Assembly: GCA_040437565.1 (NCBI GenBank)
Contig: JBDOQK010000004.1
Location: forward strand, 558,001 to 622,000
Reading direction: 5' to 3'
Length of the DNA: 64,000 bases
From: Albugo candida
Taxonomy: Eukaryota
Part shown: piece after piece, positions 38,790 to 49,233 of the stretch
How positions within the stretch are numbered: position 1 is the stretch's first letter
How the letters are laid out: each line of letters starts with the position of its first letter
Position numbers and translations under genes: made by a program
The notes under the pieces: model-generated
Databases searched by the model: none
What the model saw: the letters and a program-made list of their open reading frames with translations, nothing else
What the model was told of the DNA's origin: nothing

Positions 38790-40053
38790 TTTTTTCTTGA
38801 GATTTGTCACCAGTTGACCGTTTTTCATGATGCTACACCAATGTCCAAATTTAATTTTGAGTCCTCTTGACACCAAAGCTGATACTGACAGTAGTCGTCG
38901 ATCCATGCCTGGTACCAATGGTACATCATAAATGTTTACTCCAGCTCCATTTTCGAGTGTAACGAGAACGGTTCCAATTTTTGTGGCTGTTAGTTGAAGG
39001 GCATTTGCAACAGTGATTTGAATTGATGATTTGAGTTGCTCGAGATCCGTGAATTTTCCTTGAAATGGACTCATGTGACTGCTGGCACCACTATCTAGTA
39101 ACCAATTCATCTCATATTTTTTGTTTGACGCCATGAATGCGTGCTCGCTACTTGGTTGCCGTCTAGACTGCTGTCGATTTTGACGACATTCCGCTATTCT
39201 TTCCAGTACGTCCACATCCAAAACACTTTCCATTGAACTTTTGTGCTGCTCCATCCCGCTGTTTATGGTTTCCTCGTCTTTCTTTTCTGAACTGCTGCTT
39301 CGTTGCTTTCAAAACAAGTTCCCCGGATTCCTTTCGTTGCAGCGATTCATATTCACGTTGGATCATTTCTTTCGCTTGTAACATATCCATATTTGGTATG
39401 TTTATGATGATTTTTACGATTGAGTCGAATTCATCCGACAGACTGCTTAATAGCAAGATGATTTGCTCGTCTTGATTGAAATTGTCTCCAATCGCAGCCA
39501 TTCTTGTGTAAATCTCCTCAAATTTCATGAGGTGTTACAATGCATTTCCACCCTTTCCCATTTTGCACTCGTGCACTTGTCGTCTTATTTGTATGCAATT
39601 GTGCTGTTTCGCCGAACGAAAAGGTTTTTCAGGATTTCCCACGCTTCAGCTGTACTTGTAGCTGAGCGAATTAATGACTGAAATTTCGGGCTGATCATTG
39701 TCGCAATGATGGCGAAGGCCTTGACGTCATTGACTTTCCCCATTTCGATTGCTGGATCGCCCTCATTTGGAATCTTTAATGCATCGATGTGTCCGTGGAG
39801 GTTTTTCCTTGCTAACCTCATCCGAGCATTAAAGTCCCATACGAAATAATTATCTTCACGCAATACGTCGTTCTGGTCCATCGAGCTTGGGCTCATAACC
39901 TGTTGAATCAAAGGAGTTGGAAGGAGAGGCGCGACGTTCCGGAAAAGTGCAAAGTGCGTTTATCAAGTTTTAGATTCCTAACTACAGTAAATGTTATAAT
40001 AGAATCTCCCGCATAACCTTTAGTTTTCAATGTGGTCTACACCATCATCAACA
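38790..40053 (-). mobile_element. Ty1/Copia element 5' part (LTR 39901-40053, PBS, gag, protease), nested in the MULE
   Basis: LTR TGTTGA...TCAACA, immediately followed on the minus strand by GGTTATGAGCCCA (Copia-type PBS). Gag LREDNYFVW, AEAWEILK, LLSSLSDEFDSIV, knuckle KCFGCGRTG; protease WLLDSGASSHM. Confidence 0.88.
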
Positions 40054-40269
40054 GCTATGACGTCATTGAAACGACCGTGCTGTTTGAAATAGTGCGCGAT
40101 GTTGTAGTTTGTATTCGGACAGTATACTTAGGAAATGCACATCATAACAGTTAATAACACTACACACATTTTTTGCACCAAAACAAAGAGGCAGGGGAAA
40201 TTTATACTTCCATCTCTGCTAACAAAGGCAGACTACAGCTCTCAAACTGCCATTTTCTCGTCATGCTGT

Positions 40270-42460
40270 CCAACTTTTGCTTATGGAAGACCCGCCCAGT
40301 GCATGTTACCTTTCTCTCAAAGAGCACGCGGTCAAAGCCTATGCCATGCAGAACGGGTTTGCCGTAAACCGTGCTCGATTAAAGACGAACAAGGTAGGCA
40401 CGGAAATACGGAAGGTCTGGTTGAAATATACACATGCCCGAGTACACAAAGTTCAAGGGAGCGGCCTTCATCGGACGTCAACAATGAAATCAAATTGCAA
40501 GAGGCAATCTGTCATCCAGAGAACAATAAGTGCCCGTGAATGCGCCTATGTCTGGAATTTTGAGGTCTTCTCTGGCGGGCATAGCGGGCACAATCCCGGA
40601 GAAGACCCTGCCACATATGCGATAAATCGACCCGAACAAGAAGTGCAAGTGGCGAAAATGACAAAGGCTGGGGCGACACCGCGCGTAATTCTTTCAGCCC
40701 CTCGTCAAAACGAATCGTGTTGCTTACTGGTTGGAAAAGATGTGTAAAATACCAAGCAAAGGGTATGGCGTCACAACCTGCCTCAATGTTTACTTGACGA
40801 AAGTTCTAAACAGCCTTTTCTAGGTTAGGACCTCTGCGCTCAACGGCCGACGACCAGCCGAGGCTCTTTTGGACAATTATGAGAAGGAAAAAGTCAACCA
40901 TAAGCTCCGCCAAAGCGATAGTGGAGAGTATTCTTTGCGCCAATAAGGGCTTTATCACTTGCAGCGGGATTCACGGAAAATGCAGTGCGTAGCACAATCT
41001 TCAATGTTACAACAATTATGCGTACTTTATAATGTACCGCTGATCAGCCGCATTGTCTCTTTGTGCACACAGGTCAATATATAGGACTCAACGTACAAGA
41101 CAAACAGGTAAGGCTTGATGGTTTTGCTAAGCGTTACCAGCGTTAGGCTTAAACTAACGGCCGATAGTATAGATTTAAACTGCATTTGTTGCATGTCGCT
41201 GGGGTTACGCCAACAAACCAGACAGTGTCGCTGTCTTACGCCTTCTTTTCCGAAGAAAGCGAAAGAGACTACGTATGGGCTTTACGTCAATTTCGGGACT
41301 CCTCTGGACAGCCGCTCAGTTCCGGCAAAATAATTTTTGTCGTGGATCGTGAACTGGCGCGAATTGCAGGTATAAGATGGCGTTCCCAAGTGCTACTGTA
41401 CTGATATGCTATTAACATATAAACAGGATGTGCAAGCAAGAGCAAAGCGGCACTTTAGCGAGACAGAGGAGTACGACAAGTTCTGGGTCCAGTGGATGGC
41501 TCTCTGCAACGCACCTACAGAAGCGGTTTATCACAAGCAATAGGCATTCCTTCTGCCAAGCTTGCCGCTGCAATTGGCAAAATACTTGAAAGACACTTGG
41601 CTTGAGAAGCACAAGGAACAATTTGTTACTGCCTGGATCAAAGATGCCCTTCATTTTGGACATGCTATCACGTCGCGTGTAGAGGGGAGCCATGCATTTT
41701 TGAAACAGTGGATTGGTGTTTCAACCCTTGACTTGGATAAAGTGTACAGCAAGATTTTCCTCGCTGGAGATGCCCAACGCCGCGAATCAGTCGACAGATC
41801 GGTCTTGAACGCATGCAGCTTCCGATAAAACTAGAAGCCCAATTCTGGGGCAACGTCCTTCGCAAAATTTCATCACATACAATGAGCAAGGTATGTGAAC
41901 AACGCATGCAGTGGTCTGAACACGCTCTCTAAAGTCAGCTTATGAATGTCTTTTTTTGCCAGGGCCACGAGCAATACCTGCTGGCAATCGATCCCAATGT
42001 GACAGAGGATTGCAGTAATATTTTGACGGGAACAATAGAACTCCCCTGCCAGCATTCTATGCAAAAGATGTTGGTAAACAATAGATCTTTGGAGGATTCA
42101 GACATCCATATGCATTGGTGGCTCCATCAACCACCACCGCCTCCAGATGCATACCAAGGGGAAAATCTCCACCATATTGTGGATTTGCTTGCAACACGAT
42201 ACAAGGTGATGAACGAGTACCAGCAAGCCATGCTTCGAAACACACTTGAAGTATTAGATTCCTCGCACGTATTTTCCATGAACAATCCGGTAGTAGCGCG
42301 AAACACGTGGGCGGCCATTGGGTTCGCAAAACCGTTCGTCAACAAGGCGCAATCCTTCGCTTTTTGAGCATGTAGAGTAAAAACGCCGCAACAAGCGAAA
42401 ATGCGGGCATTGCAAGGATAAAGGACACTACAGGTCCACCTGCCCATTGCTTGCCGAGGA
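40270..42460 (+). pseudogene. MULE (FAR1/MULE/SWIM) transposase pseudogene with at least one intron (41108-41172)
   Basis: FAR1-like AYAMQNGFAV...TSTMKSNC...HN; DDE core DSTYKTNR|FKLHLLHVAGVT...YAFFSEESERDYVWAL...VVDRELA; WL..HKEQFVTAW...HFG..TSRVEGSH; SWIM LPCQH; C-terminal knuckle. Stops and frameshifts present. Confidence 0.88.
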
Positions 42461-43723
42461 ATCTGCCGGTATCAGAACAATCAGCCAAATTGTGAGCAAG
42501 CGCAATGTAAGTCAACAGCATTCATGCATGCGGGTTTGCCTTACGATCCCTTTGATACTTTCTAACTGATAGTTGCCGTTTTTCCAGACTCATCCCATCT
42601 CAAGGACAATTACCAATAGCGAAAAAATTGGAACGTGCAAGAAAAGGGTGATGAGGTAAGCCAAAATGATTCTTATATGATTTCTTCTTACCGATTTCTT
42701 CCAGGCCATTAAAAGTGATAGCGATTCCGCCGACGAAGTCCCGCTCGCCCAAGTTTTCTGCGCGGAAATATTGGCCCAGCTGGGAGACCTAAAATGAAAA
42801 TGAGTAGATAGGTATGAGCAGGTGGGAATTTGGAGTGTACAGGCTAGGGAGAATTTTATCCGTCGCTCTTATTTTTCCCATTCATTACACATCCTTACAA
42901 ATCAATCAGTAAATCAACGATAGATTCAGCAGCCATAACATTTTATTATTTAAATCATACGTCGATCGAAATTCTTGTCAACGCATCTCCCTTTACCAAA
43001 ACTGAAACGCCGAACTCAACGTAAAGAGGGTGTCCGGATAGCAGCTCCTTATATTTATATAAAACAAATGCTCATTTTATCAACTGTCCACTTGTCCACA
43101 TGGAGCAGTTTACTTTATTTTGGGCTAGATTATGTTTTTGATGCGATGCAGAAGAATCGCGCTCACTGTAGACTGTTCGATCATCTCACCTAATACAAGC
43201 AAGCAAGGTCATGTAAATCTGGAGTACAGCGACGTCAGTGTTTTTGATCAAATCACATCATGAGACATCGCAACATCAGTCTATTCATTGGTCCTATCGC
43301 TTCCATTTATTTTGTTTTTATACTGGTTGGCTTTAATGTAGGTAATTTTGTACGTCGTTTTCGAAAAGCTTCCGTGTCTCAAATTTTATCGACTTCCTTA
43401 AAAAGTATGTGCTGTACAGTACAAGACAATTACACACATGTGAGCGATATTTGCAATGAACGTTCATGCTTGTATGACACTTCCAGTTATATAAACAATT
43501 ATCCTCCGATATCGCTGTATCAATCAGTAATATTATCTCCTTTGATACGCTCAGATGCAGCAAATGACTCCACTTTGAAGAAAAGGCAGCATCTCACTTA
43601 GGGTAAGTTGCGGCCGACCAATTAAAATTGAGAGTGAGAATCTTATCCCGTCGTACAGCTCTGCCAAAACAATAGTAAAGATTGGTGGTTGCTAGAAAGT
43701 CTCACGATTTATTTTTACACGTT

Positions 43724-45439
43724 ATGCGGGTTCAACAAATCCTGTCCGTGCTTTTGATACATTCAACCGGATACCAAACTGCCCAATCTTCTCCTTATAT
43801 GAGAACAAATATCGTCAGCACCACTTTCAACGTTGGAGATACTAACTTGTTAATTTGTCAACACTGCCTTCTATCTACAGGAGGTGCCACTCGGGCAAAA
43901 CTCGTGAAATTTTCTAAACCACCTTACTTAAGTGGTTCTACTCATGCGGATTTTGAAGTCACTGCCTCAGAATTTGGTTTTGTGACTATCGAGCAAATAT
44001 GTAGGATACGCACAATATGTGGTCCACTGGAAGTTCATCGCTCAGAATATAAAAACGACCAACCAATCGTCTTGCAAAGTCGGGTGTCAAGGTCTATCTT
44101 ATGCCTCGTCAGCCACGCAACGACCACAAAATGCAGAGACTGCTTGAAAGAAGCTAGCGATTCACCATTTTTGGGAAATTTTCGTACATCATCAGTACAA
44201 CTACGCAATTTATTTACATTGCATATTCTCTTCACAGCAAAAGAAGCTGAGTATATCGTTCAGTCATGCAGTGCGTCGCTAGCTTGTATCGGAACAATGG
44301 TGGAACTTCAGGGCAACGTATGTCGTTTTCTGGTTCCCGAAAATGTAAGTCCTGATATTACATGGAAAGTAACGAACGGTCTCCCTTGGTCAGGACCCAC
44401 TAGTACTGATGGATTCAAGAATCTTCAAGCTAAATACCAATCTGGAACTTTGAAGCACCTGTGTTTGAAAGTTCCTAAACAAGGATTACAAGCAGCAACT
44501 CGCTGTATGTATTTGCTTGCGGAACGGATCGATGGGCTCGTTATTATGCTTCATAAGGGTTTGAAAGAAGAACACGTTAATATTATTGGATTCCAAGTTG
44601 ACAGCTCTTCTGCGGACTCTATAACAGTGTGTGGTAAAAAAATGCTCACGGTAGACCACACCATTTGTAATGAACTCAATGCTCACCAATTCGACACAAC
44701 TCCGATCAGCAATCAAATTTCTGTTTTGAAAAGTCAGAAAGCACAAATGGAGCAAGCGAATGTCAAGATTGAGTATATCAGTGAGTGCGTCTGGACACGC
44801 CACGATCCCGCAATAAGAAAATGCACTTCATGCCTCGGTCGTCTTGGTATTTCAAAAGAATCAATATTGCCGCTCTCACAGTCGACATCTTTGACTCTTT
44901 TGGCGACCAACTTCGAAAAAGCAAAACTCGCCAGTTGCATCAATACTGGAAATGATAAAAGGACACATCTTCAATGTGAACACTTCGTTTTTGTCCCAAA
45001 TTTCATGTGTGAATACGACTTGACACAACCGGAACAAACTTTTTCTTCCCAAGAACAGCAGCAAGGTACCAGATACCCAGTGGCATTCGATAAAGTCGGG
45101 TCTAGTTCCAGCTCACGTAATTTCTCTTCTGAACACCTCGCATCATCAATCAGCGATCAACAATCACTTCGGTTATTTGGCAAGCAAATCAACTTAGAAC
45201 CACCTGTAACGATGGTTTCTTTTAAAGCTGCAAAAGCCTCTGACTGCGCGGCATCTCTTGCTCTGAAGTACACTGTATTAATGATTTCGGTTAAAAAGCA
45301 ATATGTCTGGATGCTATATGACCGCGTAGAACCTTTGAGTGCTGAATGGTGCACAAATCTTCACATGTGCCACCGTTTGCAACTCGATGTTCATATGTTG
45401 CGAGCAGTTTCCGCTGAAGATGTGATTCTAAATTTTTAA
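43724..45439 (+). CDS. Candidate secreted CCG-class (CxxCxxxxxG) effector, 571 aa
   Basis: Intronless ORF; signal-peptide-like start MRVQQILSVLLIHSTGYQTAQS; CQHCLLSTGG at residues 45-54 (nt 43856-43885) fits the Albugo CCG motif; Cys-rich with further CxxCL units; isolated within a TE-rich region. Confidence 0.82.
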   Translation: MRVQQILSVLLIHSTGYQTAQSSPYMRTNIVSTTFNVGDTNLLICQHCLLSTGGATRAKLVKFSKPPYLSGSTHADFEVTASEFGFVTIEQICRIRTICGPLEVHRSEYKNDQPIVLQSRVSRSILCLVSHATTTKCRDCLKEASDSPFLGNFRTSSVQLRNLFTLHILFTAKEAEYIVQSCSASLACIGTMVELQGNVCRFLVPENVSPDITWKVTNGLPWSGPTSTDGFKNLQAKYQSGTLKHLCLKVPKQGLQAATRCMYLLAERIDGLVIMLHKGLKEEHVNIIGFQVDSSSADSITVCGKKMLTVDHTICNELNAHQFDTTPISNQISVLKSQKAQMEQANVKIEYISECVWTRHDPAIRKCTSCLGRLGISKESILPLSQSTSLTLLATNFEKAKLASCINTGNDKRTHLQCEHFVFVPNFMCEYDLTQPEQTFSSQEQQQGTRYPVAFDKVGSSSSSRNFSSEHLASSISDQQSLRLFGKQINLEPPVTMVSFKAAKASDCAASLALKYTVLMISVKKQYVWMLYDRVEPLSAEWCTNLHMCHRLQLDVHMLRAVSAEDVILNF

Positions 45440-46472
45440 TTCTTAGCTGAAAGAAGCTGAAAGTGGAGGAATAGGAATGTCACTCAGAAATGGAAAAAAG
45501 TAAATATGATATCATATAAACGTTTCCAGCGTAATACAGTATTTGCAGGTCGCCACGTCGCCCAATTATCGTGTATGTCCTTCCGTTACCGCAAGACACG
45601 AGATCTTATGTGGTGAGACTTCTTATGACCGTGTTGGTGTGCAGGTTCGTTTAGATTGTCAAAAAGGAGTATGGAGGTAACCTCGAACAATAGCATACAT
45701 CGTAGATATTCTATTCGAGGCCATCGCTTGCATTTAAATTCCGCATTCACTCGCTCTCAAGGTAGCATCCATTAGTCCACAAAGAAGTTGACAAGGCTGC
45801 GCGCTTGCACTACCCTGTCCTGAAAGTGCCTCACTTTAAGGATTTTGTACACATTCAAATTGAAAAAACATGCTCTTACAAGCGCTGGGAATTAAGATAC
45901 CGTGATCAGCATTCAGCGCAGATTCTATTATTTATGGATCACTTTTGAAATAAGTCGATCGAGTCTATTCTCAGCGAGTCTTGGTATGTCATCATCAACT
46001 TTATGACTGTCTAGCAACAAATGATGTTTTGAAGTCTACTGCATATTGGCATCTATTTCGACCTTATACATCATCTTTCAGTCTCTCTCATGACCTTTCA
46101 TGAAATGTCCAATAGATGCTGGTATCATCGCTCGTATTAGCGTACTTACATCGATAAGGTACAACGGAGAGTATTGGGCTATTTCAATCGTTTCGACCTT
46201 TGTATCAGCTCCAGATGCAGTGAGCACATGGCAGAGTACAAAGCGCTGAAACCCAAAACCTTCTTTGGCAGGAAAGAGCCCTCGCTGCTTGGATTGTATG
46301 ATTACGGTGAGCTCGGGTATAACTTAGGTAAGAATCTTGAAGCGGAGAAAACACTGCAGACTTTTCCTAAAAAAAAAGTCTTCTATGCTGGTTTTCCCTT
46401 GGGTCAATGTTAGAAATGACCCCACATTTTTACATCTTACAAACATAGATCAATTGGAAATTATCAACTATT

Positions 46473-46702
46473 GTCCAGGGATATGTATTTCGAGCTTTAA
46501 TCGTGAATGAAGCAACAATGTTTCGATAGTTAGTACTNNNNNNNNNNNNNNNNNNNNNNNNNNNNNNNNNNNNNNNNNNNNNNNNNNNNNNNNNNNNNNN
46601 NNNNNNNNNNNNNNNNNNNNNNNNNNNNNNNNNNNNNGTCCAGGGATATGTATTTCGAGCTTTAATCGTGAATGAAGCAACAATGTTTCGATAGTTAGTA
46701 CT
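46473..46702. repeat. Gap-flanking direct duplication (46473-46537 = 46638-46702)
   Basis: 65 bp identical across a 100-N gap. Confidence 0.8.
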
Positions 46703-49233
46703 TACGCTAGTCTGCATTTTGACATTTTTGCGTCAGGGTTCGTAGTCTCTTGATGTCAGCAATACCATATAGCTCGCCTATAAACTTCTTCATCCTCGCT
46801 ACGTGATCCTTATCGCGCGTGTGCCTTGTCAAACCTATTTCTTATTAGCCTTTGATTTTCTACCAATTTTAGTTGCCTCGGGTTACCAATTCATTCCACA
46901 TATTGTCATCGCTCGAGATTGTATACAGTTCAAGTGTACATTGATATGGGAATGGTGACATTCATCGTATCAGGGTATTGATCTATAGTTGAGGATGTAC
47001 CAAATCCTTACATCACCACCACATTCTTATTACTCACATATTGGATAGCCTCGTGCATCTACATAGTATCGCTCTAAAGTAGTAGCAACGCACTGCCTGT
47101 CCTCGCTGAGCACTTCGTTTGCTGCATCGTGTAAAGAAATATTGATGTAAAAAGGGAAAATGAAAGGAATAGATATGCTTGCAGTTGAGCTCATGAAGGA
47201 AAGGTGTTATATTTTCTGTCAAGTCTCTCCGATTAGACTGATGTTATGTCTTGGATCCTGGATAATCAGTAATTTACAATTCCTGCTAGATTTTGAACAT
47301 GCGCAGAAGATACCAAGATTAACTACATTAGTCCAAAGCTTCACCAGGTTGATTTAGTGGAGATATTACGAAGAAGCCGGAAATTCTCAATCAATTTTTC
47401 ATGATGCTGATCAAATAATTTTCCAGAATATCTTGGGTTTGTTACTGTTTCTGAAAATGACGACGTGACAGATGGAGAAATCTTTCCTGGATCTTGACGA
47501 TACAGATACTGGAGCGAAATGAGCAACAGGAATATCAGAGCTCTGTCGTGCAAAGTAGGGCTATGCGGTCTATAATGAGTGACTGAGTCCAAGACACGGA
47601 TCCACGACATGTGCTAGGTTAGTACTAACAAGCTTTCCATCTTCTCATCGCTTTAGCCGTCTAGCTAGAGCAATTATCTGACACTAAGGCGACATCAATG
47701 GCGTAGCGTATTGTAGCGATTCAGATGACCTATTCCAACATTGATAGATATATTTAATTTGATGTATATGTCGACAGATTTTGTTTCAAGTGTGTTAAGT
47801 TGTACTTGGGTCGGAGATTTGTCAATAATTTGAAAACCCAGCCGGGCGAAATCTCAAGACGTTCCACCTGAGCTTGCACATGGCCTGGCTTTTTCGTCTA
47901 AATCTCACAGACATCATGTGTTTTGTTTTGCGTTTGTTGCCCTTTTCCTTTTTTTTTGATTACTTGCAACGAACAAGCCTAATTATTCCTAGGTTCTGCG
48001 TTTCTACAATAGCTACTGCATACCTTTCACCATCGATACGGCAAGCTAGCAACCCACGAAGAAAAGATTTACGCGGATGTATAATTTTATGAGGCGCGGA
48101 CTGCTCAAATATGCTATCTCCTAGAACAACACTTTTCCATGTCATTTTTGCATTCAAATAACTTGAAATTGAACTGACAATGCTGTGAGCATCTCTGCAG
48201 GCAAGGATCAGGAGGACATCCATGACACAGTCCGAATGCTACATAGGTATCATTTGACTTCAAAAGAGATTATCGTGCTGAACGGTTTTCGTTCTAACCC
48301 TGAATAATCATTGTCCAATGTAATTACTCTTGTCGAGCCTGGCGGTGATGGGCGCATGCTCGAGTAGAAACCTGACGAAGGCGAGGGTAATACTACTAGA
48401 ATATCCGAAGCATAGCATGAAGGTAGCTCGAATGCCTGGATCGCTTCAGTATCGCTGCTATTATCACAAGAATTCCATGCTGCTTCAAATTGTCTGTATA
48501 AACATGGATTTCACGCATGACGAGCTCTGATTGATTCGTCTAGTCGATTTCCCCTTATTTTTTCTGGGATTGGGTACATTTCACATGAGCAACAAACTTG
48601 TCTTCTGCTTTTTCAGTGATAAAACACATTCCCTTCAAAGTAGAGAATAAAGTTATCGAAATACAACAAATTTGTCTTTCCTCATCGTCCCATTAAACAC
48701 AGTCTCTTCAGTAACTAAAATAGGCTTTTGTGCACGTATGGTTCCATCAATGCTACGAATTCGTAGCAGCGTATTCTGTATGAAGTATTATCACATAGAA
48801 TCGAATGTAGCCATCGTAGGCTGGCTTTCAAGACCCCATTCGTCACCAAAAAGCTAAAAGCGAACGTCTTATTTGGTGTCAGAATGAGCAAAAGATGTAT
48901 CATAGGGAAGTCACTCCTTGTTGCTTGGAGTACTACCACAATGAGTACATTAGCTGTTGCGGATCCTTCCAAGTGTCAGCAATCTGTCAGATGATAGCTC
49001 GCAGAATGAGTAATTAGTTGATTTTTCACGTATTTCCTCATAACCGCGGTCGTGCTGGTTGATGGATATAGAAAAGAAACTGTTCTGACTTGACTAGTAC
49101 AATTCTGCCTGTGTCGAAACATCCTGCTGCGATTGTGTGTAAAATATATGATGACGGTAATGATCGGTGACGGTACATTGCTTTATTTAAAACTTTTTTA
49201 GGGTCACGATTTCCAGACTTGTCTTGATCAAAA

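Larger units (their letters stand above)
38612..43048 (+). mobile_element. Mutator/MULE DNA transposon with TIRs, a degenerate 9-bp TSD and a disabled transposase
   Basis: Left GAGAGCTGCTATCCGGACCCCCTC; right reverse complement GGAGCTGCTATCCGGACACCCTC; flanks TTATGTTAA and TTATATTTA (7/9 match); MULE transposase inside. Confidence 0.82.

Noticed and set aside
43260-43601. 113-aa ORF with a hydrophobic N-terminus upstream of the effector
   Set aside because: AT-rich, no motif, overlapped by an equally long antisense ORF; cannot be distinguished from chance.
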